This document shows positions 18,204-25,838 of a stretch of 64,000 nt of DNA, piece by piece (within the stretch, counting starts at the first letter, position 1; each line of letters opens with the position of its first letter). The stretch is from an uncultured bacterium (GTDB lineage Bacteria > Actinomycetota > Thermoleophilia > Solirubrobacterales > 70-9), in assembly GCA_963811625.1 (NCBI GenBank), contig CAWERS010000001.1:28320-92319 (forward strand). Reading direction: 5' to 3'. The notes beneath the pieces are model-generated. The model was not told where the DNA came from and did not search any database. It saw only the letters and a program-made list of their open reading frames with translations. Position numbers and translations under genes: made by a program.

Positions 18204-19255
18204 CAGGGGCTCCTCTCTGTCGTCTCTTCCTCGATCAGGTCGCCGAGCCGGGCGCACTCCGTCCAGAGTCGCTCCCGCTCCACCGCTGACTCCCGAGTCC
18301 AGGGGAGGCGGTGCTTCGCGCGTGGCCTGCGGTCGTGCCAGAAACCGCCCGAGCGCTGGTCGATCTCGTCGAGGTCGGCGGTCGCCAGCCAGACGATCGT
18401 GTCGGCGCCCTCGTGGGGGTCGCGAAGCAGCGGTCGCATCAACCTGTGGAAGCGGGGGAGCGAGCTGCTCAGACCGGGCGTGTCGGCCCAGCCGGGATGC
18501 ATCGAATGGCAGCTGATCCCGAGCTCTGCGAGCCGCTCGGCCCAAACCTCGGTGAGAACGACCTCGGCGCGCTTGGTGTGCGCGTAGAAGGATGGCCCGT
18601 CGAATTCGCGACCGTCCAGCTGAGGGTCGTCGACGTCGAGCCGGGCGGTGTACATGCCGCCTGAGGAGACGTTGATCACGCGGGCGCGGTCTCCGAGGCG
18701 GAGGGCTCCGACGAGCAGGCCGGTGAGCAGGAACGGGCCGAGCACGTTGGTGGCGAAGGCCAGCTCGACGCCGTCGTCGGTCCGCTGTCGTTCCGCCGGC
18801 AGAAGCCCCGCGTTGTTGACCAACACGTCGAGTCGCGGCTCGACGGCGGAGAAGCGCCGGGCGAAGCGCCGAACCGCCTCCAGGTCCGCGAGGTCGCATA
18901 GCTGCACCTCGAGCCGTGCGTCGGAGTCGAGGCGCGAGGCGATCCGCTCGCGTGCCGCCTCGCCCCGCTCGAGGTCGCGAACCAGCATGTGCACGCGCGC
19001 GCCGGCTCGAGCCAACCCCTCGCAGGTCGCCTCTCCCAGGCCCGAGCTCGCCCCGGTGACCAGGGCGACCTTGCCGGCGAGGCTGCCGGCGATCGCACTC
19101 GACCACGAGAGCCCTCGCAGGCGATAGCCGATCTTGGTATAGCCCGCCAGCGAGAGGTCGAGGACGGCATCCAGGAGGCTGGAGGCGGCGGTGGCGCTGC
19201 CCGGGCGCTGCTGTCCAGGACGAAGGGTCTGTCCAGGGATTGTACAAGTTGACAC
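18203..19255 (-). CDS. SDR family oxidoreductase
   Basis: Contains GKVALVTGASSGLG and a downstream SDR core. The ATG at 19411 or 19381 would overlap the divergent regulator gene, so GTG at 19255 is the most plausible start. This start is tentative. Confidence 0.75.
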   Translation of the reverse strand: MSTCTIPGQTLRPGQQRPGSATAASSLLDAVLDLSLAGYTKIGYRLRGLSWSSAIAGSLAGKVALVTGASSGLGEATCEGLARAGARVHMLVRDLERGEAARERIASRLDSDARLEVQLCDLADLEAVRRFARRFSAVEPRLDVLVNNAGLLPAERQRTDDGVELAFATNVLGPFLLTGLLVGALRLGDRARVINVSSGGMYTARLDVDDPQLDGREFDGPSFYAHTKRAEVVLTEVWAERLAELGISCHSMHPGWADTPGLSSSLPRFHRLMRPLLRDPHEGADTIVWLATADLDEIDQRSGGFWHDRRPRAKHRLPWTRESAVERERLWTECARLGDLIEEETTERSP

Positions 19256-19290
19256 GGGTGTCTTGTACCAGTTAGACTCGACGCTGTCAA
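19242..19290. promoter_or_regulatory. Divergent overlapping promoters with a candidate CarH/LitR operator
   Basis: Plus strand: TTGACA (19249-19254), 18-nt spacer, TAGACT (19273-19278). Minus strand: TTGACA (complement of 19285-19290), 17-nt spacer, TACAAG (complement of 19262-19267), 6 nt before GTG 19255. The inverted repeat GTACAAG (19242-19248) / CTTGTAC (19262-19268) straddles both. Confidence 0.5.
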
Positions 19291-19301
19291 GTGTTTGTCC
19301 A

Positions 19302-20228
19302 ATGATGGTCCAGCCCAATGACAGTCCGGATGCCGACGGTTCGGACCGCGGTGACTCAGCGCCCGCGGCCTCGGTCCGCATCGGTGAGATCTCCCGGCGA
19401 ACCGGGGTCAAGGCCGAGACGATTCGCGCCTGGGAGCGTCGCTACGGCCTCGTCGAGCCGGCGCGGAGCGCCGGTGGGTTTCGCCTCTACTCGTCAGCCG
19501 ACGAGGAACGCGTTCAGGCGATGCGCGACCTGATCGCCGAGGGCGTCTCGGCGGCGGAGGCCGCGACGCTCGCCAAATCGGGGGCCGGCGCGGCGGCTCC
19601 CTCCGTGCGCTCTCCGGATGCCGAGGCGGAGCGTCTTCGTGCCGCGCTGGAGGCGTACGACGAGGAAGCGGCGAACCGCGCCCTCGATCGAGCCCTGAGC
19701 GCCTTCTCGCTCGATGTCTTCACCGGCGCCGTGGTGCTGCCGGCGATCGCGGCGATCGGCAATCGCTGGGCCGCGGGTGAGGCCTCGGTTGCCCAGGAGC
19801 ACTTCGCCACCTCGGTCGTAAGGGGGCGTCTGCTCGCTCTTTCGCGAGGCTGGGGATCAGGACTTGGCCCGCTCGCGCTCCTGGCCTGCCCGCCCGGCGA
19901 ACAGCACGACATCGGCCTGATCGCGTTCGGGCTCTCGCTGCGAAACAGGGGCTGGCGGATCGTCTATCTGGGCCAGGAGACTCCGCTCGACACGCTTGCC
20001 GAGGCGGCCCGCAGGCTTGCCCCGGCCCTCGTCGTGGTCGGCGTCGCAGCCGCCGAGCCGTTCGCAGCCGCCGCTCCCGGGCTCGCCGAGCTCGCGGCCG
20101 TGGCGCCCGTGTGGGTTGGTGGCCGGGGGGTTAGCGAGGAGATGGCCCGCCGAGCCGGTGCGCGTGTGCTTGAGGAGCGCCCAGCCGAGGCTGCGGCGCG
20201 CCTCGCCGCGGACGCTGCTTATGCCTGA
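19302..20228 (+). CDS. MerR-family, cobalamin-binding light-responsive regulator (CarH/LitR type)
   Basis: Trimmed to ATG at 19302. MerR HTH VRIGEISRRTGVKAETIRAWERRYGL. B12-binding module with an exact Wx9EH motif (WAAGEASVAQEH) and GEQHDIG (ExHxxG, lower axial His). Confidence 0.85.
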   Translation: MMVQPNDSPDADGSDRGDSAPAASVRIGEISRRTGVKAETIRAWERRYGLVEPARSAGGFRLYSSADEERVQAMRDLIAEGVSAAEAATLAKSGAGAAAPSVRSPDAEAERLRAALEAYDEEAANRALDRALSAFSLDVFTGAVVLPAIAAIGNRWAAGEASVAQEHFATSVVRGRLLALSRGWGSGLGPLALLACPPGEQHDIGLIAFGLSLRNRGWRIVYLGQETPLDTLAEAARRLAPALVVVGVAAAEPFAAAAPGLAELAAVAPVWVGGRGVSEEMARRAGARVLEERPAEAAARLAADAAYA

Positions 20229-20445
20229 GGGGCGGCGCACGCGGCCGAAGGCGAGCGCGACGGGTAGCCAAGCCGCCTGGTGGCCGCAGCAACACAGTTG
20301 GAAACGTTGAATTGGCACAACGTACTTGGCCACTCGTTGCAAAAGCGGTACTTCCTACGGATGTTGGGGTGAGAGGCTCGAGCGATGATCCGCGAGGAGC
20401 AGGACAACCCACCGCGCTCTTTGCGCGATCAGAAAAGGGGTCAAG

Positions 20446-20715
20446 ATGGCGATTGCTGACAGGCCGACGGAGCTGTCCGAGGAGCTGCTCGAGGAGGTCA
20501 AGCAGGGCCAGCAGGCCGCGATCGAGGCGGTGCGCAAGTTCACCGACGCCGTCGACAAGACGCTGGAGGAAGGCGAGGGAGCCTCACAGCGCGAGGAGAT
20601 CGTCGACTCGGCCCTGAAGATGGCGGATCGGCTGGTCGAAACGCAGTACGACTTCCTTCGCAAGGTGGTCCGCAGCGCCGGCGAGTCGCTGGGGGCCACA
20701 AGCGGCGCCAAGTGA
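20446..20715 (+). CDS. Hypothetical small helical protein
   Basis: 89-aa ORF preceded by AAAAGGGG 6 nt upstream of the ATG. High GC3 and charged, helical composition. Confidence 0.6.
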   Translation: MAIADRPTELSEELLEEVKQGQQAAIEAVRKFTDAVDKTLEEGEGASQREEIVDSALKMADRLVETQYDFLRKVVRSAGESLGATSGAK

Positions 20716-20739
20716 GCCACCGGCAAGCGAAGGACGCGA

Positions 20740-21399
20740 TCAGCGGACCAGCAGAAGGCGCAGAATCGGCTCGGCGCGTTTCGCCTCCGCCGGCTCGCCG
20801 GTGATCAGGTCGAGGTAGGTGTACGACTCGATCAGGCGGACGATCACGTAGGCGACCTCGTGCAGGTCGGCGGGCAATTCGAGGCGCCCTGCGTCGGCCT
20901 CCTCGCGCAGCAGGCCTTCAATCCAGCCGATCAGCCGCGGCTGGAACCCGGTCGCGGAGCGGGTCAGCAGTCGCATCGCCTGTTCGCCCTCCTCGCGCAG
21001 CCAGTGGCGCATCCCAGGGTTCGCGATCACGTCGTCGAGGAACCGTGTCACCACCTCAACGACGCGCTCGCCTCCGGTCGCCTTCGCATCCGCATCGACC
21101 TTCTCGAGCGTGCGCACCGCCAAGGACCAGATCACCTCGACCAGCAGCTGCTCGCGTGAGCCCACCCATCGGTAGAGCGTCACCCGATTGACCCCCAGCT
21201 CCTCGGCGAGGGCGCTCATGTCGATTCGCTCGGCGGCCTGCCATCTGCGGCGCGCGAGCTTGAAGGCGTCGAGCGGCCCGGGCGGCTGCGGTCGCTCCCC
21301 GTCCACCAGGGCGCTCTGCAGCCGCGTCTGAGGAGGTCCGGCGACCTCGTCGGGTGAGTGGGACTTCACCGCGTTCAGATCGTAGGTCACGGGTTGCAC
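20740..21399 (-). CDS. TetR/AcrR family transcriptional regulator
   Basis: HTH segment IDMSALAEELGVNRVTLYRWVGSREQLL. The GTG start lies 12 nt after the HMGR stop. Confidence 0.8.
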   Translation of the reverse strand: MQPVTYDLNAVKSHSPDEVAGPPQTRLQSALVDGERPQPPGPLDAFKLARRRWQAAERIDMSALAEELGVNRVTLYRWVGSREQLLVEVIWSLAVRTLEKVDADAKATGGERVVEVVTRFLDDVIANPGMRHWLREEGEQAMRLLTRSATGFQPRLIGWIEGLLREEADAGRLELPADLHEVAYVIVRLIESYTYLDLITGEPAEAKRAEPILRLLLVR

Positions 21400-21411
21400 G
21401 GTCGCGGCGCG

Positions 21412-22599
21412 CTATGGCCGATTGCGGCCGTAGAGGTCGTGCGCCCTGACCCATTCTGCGACGACGATCGCCCAGCCAAGTGAGAGCTCCCCGCAGAGCA
21501 CCGTTGCCGCGACGATCTCGGCCAGCTTGCGGACCTTCCCGGTCCCATGGCAGCCGAGCAGCTGCAGGCATTCGCGCTGGGTGGCGAGCCCCGTGCCGCC
21601 GCCGTGGGTGGCGACGATCAGCGACGGAAGCGTGATCGAGCCGTAGTAGTCGCCGTTGGGGAGCAGCTCGCTGAAGCCGAGCGCCGCGGAGGATTCGGCG
21701 ACATTGGCTGCATCCTGGCCGGTGGCGATGAACAGGGCAGCGATTCCGTTGGCCGACTGCAGACCGTTGTTGTTGACCCCGGACATGAACCCACCCAGGT
21801 TCGCCACCTGGCGCGCCCGGAACAGCTCGTCGCCGCTCGTGTGCATGTGCTTCTCGATCAAGGCGGCGGGAATCGTCGCCTCTGCGACCACGCGCTTGCC
21901 CCGCGTGCGCAGCACGTTGACCTGCGAGCTCTTCTTGTCGGTGGCAAAGTTCGACTCCAGATAGAAGTTGGTGATGCCCTCGTAGTTGGACGTGATCCAG
22001 GCGCACGCCGCGGCGGTCGCCTTGCCGGTCAGGTTCTGGCCCGCGGCGTCCCCGGTCGTGTAGTCAAAGCGCGTGAACAGGATCCGGCTGGCGGAGTACT
22101 GCTCGATGCCGCGCAGGCGGCCGGTACGCGTGGTGGTCTCGGCCGCCTGCTTGACCTCGGCGAAGTGCTCCGTGAGCCATTCCCCGAACGCTCGTGCCTC
22201 GCGGGCGCTCTCGAACACGAAGGCGGGTGCCCGCTGCATGGCGTCGTCCAGGATCGTGGTCTTCACGCCCCCGGCCTCGCGCAGCGTCTTCATGCCGCGG
22301 TTGTAGCTCGCCACCAGCGTGCCCTCGCTCGTGGCCAGGGGAACGTAGAACTCACCCTGCGCGTGCTCCCCGTTGACCAGCAGCGGCCCGGCAATGCCGA
22401 TCGGCACCTGCGCCACCCCGGTGAAGTGCTCGATGTTGCCGGGGAGAGCCGATGGATCGAAGGAGTAGTGGGAGACGTGCTCCAGTTCGACGCCCGTCTG
22501 TTGACGCAGGAAGGCCCGACGCGCTTTCGCGGCCCGGGGCGTGTAGTCGTTCTCGCGATCACGCGGGACTTTCTTGCGCTCCGATCGGGGAGGCGTCAT
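21412..22599 (-). CDS. Hydroxymethylglutaryl-CoA reductase
   Basis: 395-aa ORF with HMGR motifs VPIGIAGPLLVNG, PLATSEGTLVASYNRG, TGDAAGQN, ATHGGGTGL. Confidence 0.85.
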   Translation of the reverse strand: MTPPRSERKKVPRDRENDYTPRAAKARRAFLRQQTGVELEHVSHYSFDPSALPGNIEHFTGVAQVPIGIAGPLLVNGEHAQGEFYVPLATSEGTLVASYNRGMKTLREAGGVKTTILDDAMQRAPAFVFESAREARAFGEWLTEHFAEVKQAAETTTRTGRLRGIEQYSASRILFTRFDYTTGDAAGQNLTGKATAAACAWITSNYEGITNFYLESNFATDKKSSQVNVLRTRGKRVVAEATIPAALIEKHMHTSGDELFRARQVANLGGFMSGVNNNGLQSANGIAALFIATGQDAANVAESSAALGFSELLPNGDYYGSITLPSLIVATHGGGTGLATQRECLQLLGCHGTGKVRKLAEIVAATVLCGELSLGWAIVVAEWVRAHDLYGRNRP

Positions 22600-22634
22600 T
22601 CCCGGCAGCCTTGTCCAGAACCCGTCTTCACCGC

Positions 22635-23486
22635 TCAGCCGATCACTGGCCAGCGCCGTTGGGCCGCGAGCTCATCGAGGGTCCGCTGCATGAGCTCGGT
22701 GATCGCCTGGTAGACCGCGTCCACGTCGGGATCGGGACCGAACCGCTCGCGGAGGTCGATCGGCTCCAGCACCTGGATCGTGATCTTCGCCGGGAGTGCG
22801 ATGTGGCCGAACAGGTCCCCGACATCCAGTCCCCAGGGCAGGGCGAGTGAGACCGGGAGAACCTTGAGGCGGAACCGTGTGTCGAGCCGCAAGGCGCGGG
22901 CGAGGCCCTCACCGCGGGTCAGGAACAGCGCCGTTTCCTGACCTCCGATCGAGACGACGGGGACGATGGGCACGCCCGCGGCGAGGGCCAGTCGGACGAA
23001 TCCTTCGCGCCCCGCGAACTCGACGCGGTGACCGTGCCAAGACGGTCGGTGCGCCTCCCAGTCGCCCCCCGGATAGACGAGGACCGCGGCCTCCGCGTCG
23101 AAGGCTGCCAGCGCGTTCTCCGAGCTGGCCTCGATGGTCCCGTACCTTCGCAGCAGCGACAGCCACGGCGCCCTCATCACCAGGTGATGGGCGAGCTGGA
23201 AGAAGGGCCGCTCGACGCCGAAGCGCCGGTAGAAGCCGAGTGTGAACGCGAGGGTGTCCGGGGCGACATTCCCGCCCGAGTGGTTGCCCACGAGCAGGAC
23301 CGGGCCGCTGGCGGGAATCCGGTCAAGGCCGCGGATGTCCGGACGGAACCAGGCCGCGATCAGCGCCCAGGTGAACGGAAGGGAGCGCCGGATGTACACC
23401 GGGTCGCGCTCGCTCAGGGCCTCGTGGGCGACCCGACCGTGCTCCGGCTGACCTAAGGAAGACAACGACGCAAATTGTTGCAGCAA
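22635..23486 (-). CDS. Lysophospholipid/glycerol-3-phosphate acyltransferase family protein (PlsC-like)
   Basis: HX4D acyltransferase motif in LLVGNHSGGNVAPD, followed by PGGDWE. TTG start is uncertain. Confidence 0.75.
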   Translation of the reverse strand: MLQQFASLSSLGQPEHGRVAHEALSERDPVYIRRSLPFTWALIAAWFRPDIRGLDRIPASGPVLLVGNHSGGNVAPDTLAFTLGFYRRFGVERPFFQLAHHLVMRAPWLSLLRRYGTIEASSENALAAFDAEAAVLVYPGGDWEAHRPSWHGHRVEFAGREGFVRLALAAGVPIVPVVSIGGQETALFLTRGEGLARALRLDTRFRLKVLPVSLALPWGLDVGDLFGHIALPAKITIQVLEPIDLRERFGPDPDVDAVYQAITELMQRTLDELAAQRRWPVIG

Positions 23487-23515
23487 GCAACAGCTAGCAG
23501 CTAGTGTTTCGGGCC

Positions 23516-24454
23516 ATGTCCTCCTTCCGGTTCGAGGGACAGCGCATCGCCTACACCGAGTTCGGCGGCGGCCCCGCCGCCGTCACCCCGGCGGGCGGGC
23601 GCGGCCGCACAGCGGGGAGCGCGTCGGCGAGCAAGCGACCGCTGATCCTCATCCATGGACTGCTGTTGTCCCAGGAGATGCACCGGCCACTGGCCGAGGA
23701 CCTCGCGGCCCGCGGGAATCGCGTGATCACGGTCGATCTGCTGGGCCACGGCGAATCGGACCGCCCGCGCGACATGTGGCGCTACTCGATGGCCTTCTTC
23801 GCCGCGCAGGTGATCGCGCTCATGGACCACCTTGAGATCGAGCAGGCCGTGGTGATGGGCACCTCGCTTGGGGCCAACACGGCGCTGGAGATGGCCTCGG
23901 CGGCGCCGGAGCGATTGCGCGGGATGGTGATCGAGATGCCCGTGCTCGACAACGGGCTGCTCCCCAGCGCGCTCACCTTCACCCCGGTGCTCGTCGCGCT
24001 CACGTTCGGCGAGCCGGCGATGAAGCTGCTCGCGCAGGCGGCGCGCGCGGTGCCGCGGCGGCTCCTTCCCCACTACGGCAACGTTCTGCTCGACCTGATC
24101 CGCCAGGAGCCCGGTCCCGGCGGCGCCCTGGTGCAGGGGTTGTTCTTCGGGCGCATCGCCCCGCACCGCAGCGAGCGGCGAACGTTCCAGCCGCCGACGC
24201 TGGTGCTCGGTCACCAGCGGGATCCCGTTCACCCCTTCACCGACGCCGGCATGCTCGCCGAAGAGCTGCCGAACGGCCGGTTGCTGGAGGCCGACTCGCT
24301 CGTGGAGCTGCGCCTGCGCCCCGAACGCCTCACCGGGGAGATTGCGTCCTTCCTGGACGAGGTCTGGGCCACGCGCAAGGGCAGTCGGGCAAAGCGCCCG
24401 AAGGCCGCACGCAGCAACGGCCGCGCAAAACGCTCGACGAAGCGCGCCGGCTGA
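23516..24454 (+). CDS. Alpha/beta hydrolase
   Basis: ILIHGLL, DLLGHGESDRP and nucleophile elbow MGTSLGA. ATG at 23516 chosen over GTG at 23504. Confidence 0.8.
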   Translation: MSSFRFEGQRIAYTEFGGGPAAVTPAGGRGRTAGSASASKRPLILIHGLLLSQEMHRPLAEDLAARGNRVITVDLLGHGESDRPRDMWRYSMAFFAAQVIALMDHLEIEQAVVMGTSLGANTALEMASAAPERLRGMVIEMPVLDNGLLPSALTFTPVLVALTFGEPAMKLLAQAARAVPRRLLPHYGNVLLDLIRQEPGPGGALVQGLFFGRIAPHRSERRTFQPPTLVLGHQRDPVHPFTDAGMLAEELPNGRLLEADSLVELRLRPERLTGEIASFLDEVWATRKGSRAKRPKAARSNGRAKRSTKRAG

Positions 24455-24608
24455 GTCCCGGGGACCCTCCGGGTTCGTTTCAAACCCACGCCGGGCGCCT
24501 CGGCGTGCCTCAGACAAGCGTCGGCGGAAGAGCCTTGGGGAGTAGGCTCGGCTGATCGCGGTCTCGTCTTGGAGCCTCGAAATCGGCTTCATCGGCTCAG
24601 GTGAGCAG

Positions 24609-24791
24609 ATGCCGCGAGCGCACGGGATCATTGAATCCATGCGTAAGCGCGGGACGCCCGTTCATGGCGAGCCCCCGTGGTGGAACGTCAGCTATCAGGA
24701 CCTCGAGACTCGCGCTGACGCGCTGGCCATGCTGAGGGGTGAGCTCGACGGGGTCGACCCCGATTGGCGGGACGTGCTGACAACCGACTGA
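24609..24791 (+). CDS. Hypothetical small protein
   Basis: 60-aa ORF with AGGTGAG upstream and about 80% GC3. No recognised domain. Confidence 0.4.
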   Translation: MPRAHGIIESMRKRGTPVHGEPPWWNVSYQDLETRADALAMLRGELDGVDPDWRDVLTTD

Positions 24792-24885
24792 GCTCGGGTG
24801 AGGCGGGGATCCCGCTCCCCGCAACCTGACCGTATTCGCGTTCTGCGCTCCCTAGCCCCTTCGCCACGCCTATAGCGTCTCGACG

Positions 24886-25608
24886 ATGACACTACCCGAT
24901 CGCCTCGCCCGCCAGGCTCGTTTCGGCATCCAGCTGGCCGGCGCTGCGTGGCCGCAGTTCCTCCGCCCGCTCGCGCTCGAGCTCGCATCGCACCGGCCAA
25001 TCCGTGAGGTGCTCCCCGGCGTTCACCACTGGACGTCGATCCACCCCAGAATCAGGCTGCCCGTGGACTCGTACTACATCGAGCCCGCCCGGATCGTTCT
25101 CGACCCGATGGTGCCGCGCGAGGGCCTCGAGTGGTTCGAACGGCGAGAGACCCCGAGCCAGATAGTGCTCACAAACCGCCACCATCTCCGGCACAGCGAG
25201 CGCTTCGCAGAGGCCTTCGGATGCCCGATTCGTTGCAGTGAAGCCGGCTTGCACGAGTTCGAGCGCGGCCCGAAGGTCGAGGGCTTCGCGTTCGCGGAGG
25301 AGCTGGCGCCGGGGATCACCGCACACCAGCTGGGAGCCATCTGCCCGGACGACACCGCGATCCACATCCGGAGCGCCGGCGACGGGGCCATCGCGCTCGC
25401 TGACGGCCTCAGCCGCCCCCGTGGCGGCGGGCTCACGTTCGTGCCGGGATTTCTGATGGGCGCCGACCCCTCGGCGGTGCGGGCTGGGCTGCGTGAGTCG
25501 CTTCGCCGCCTGCTCGACCTCGATTTCGACAATCTCCTGTTCGCCCACGGGGAGCCGCTGATCGGTGGCGGCAGGGTCGCCCTTCGCGAGTTCCTCGCGG
25601 GTGGATGA
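24886..25608 (+). CDS. Hypothetical protein, MBL-fold-like with degenerate metal motif
   Basis: 240-aa ORF whose layout resembles metallo-beta-lactamase fold proteins. It has IVLTNRHHLRHS where HxHxDH is expected, and a C-terminal FAHGEP. Confidence 0.5.
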   Translation: MTLPDRLARQARFGIQLAGAAWPQFLRPLALELASHRPIREVLPGVHHWTSIHPRIRLPVDSYYIEPARIVLDPMVPREGLEWFERRETPSQIVLTNRHHLRHSERFAEAFGCPIRCSEAGLHEFERGPKVEGFAFAEELAPGITAHQLGAICPDDTAIHIRSAGDGAIALADGLSRPRGGGLTFVPGFLMGADPSAVRAGLRESLRRLLDLDFDNLLFAHGEPLIGGGRVALREFLAGG

Positions 25609-25612
25609 CCTC

Positions 25613-25686
25613 GGTGGTACCACCCGTGGTACCGAAGTGAGCAAAACTCATCTGATCTCAGAGCGCCTCAGCCCGCCTGAGCGAAC
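25613..25686 (+). repeat. Intergenic repeat family 3, copy E1
   Basis: 12-nt palindrome GGTGGTACCACC followed by GTGGTACCGAAGTGAGCAAAACTCATCTGATCTCAGAGCGCCTCAGCCCGCCTGAGCGAAC. About 50/61 nt identical to 27537-27597. Confidence 0.75.
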
Positions 25687-25754
25687 ATCAGAAGTGCCAG
25701 CCGAGCGGGCTCAGGGCTTCTCATGACCCGGAGGTCGTGGGACCAGTGTGGTCC

Positions 25755-25830
25755 GAACGCCGCCTATCGGCGGCCGCCAGGGCTGCGGGATGGTCACCGT
25801 CACCCTAGGCTTGGGGGTCGCTAGGCTCGA
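25755..25830 (+). pseudogene. Relic fragment of an Nfu-domain gene
   Basis: 25776-25810 (GCCAGGGCTGCGGGATGGTCACCGTCACCCTAGGC) matches 6823-6857 inside the NfuA-like gene at 33/35 nt. Flanking similarity (GAACGCCGCCTAT versus GGACGCCGCCTAC) is out of frame. No intact ORF. Confidence 0.7.
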
Positions 25831-25838
25831 AGCGCAAG

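Noticed and set aside
20295-20345. A sigma-54-like TGGCAC / TTGCA pair in the AT-richer region downstream of the CarH-like gene.
   Set aside because: The GG-to-GC spacing is one nucleotide short for TGGCCActcgTTGCA and wrong for TGGCACaacgt. No enhancer-binding protein is present, and sigma-54 is generally absent from this kind of organism.
23476-23504. TGTTGC-N5-GCAACA and the CAGCTAG tandem repeat as a defined TetR operator for the HMGR operon.
   Set aside because: The arms are only 6 bp. The repeat overlaps possible start codons of both divergent genes, whose true starts are uncertain. It is mentioned under the HMGR finding but not called as a feature.
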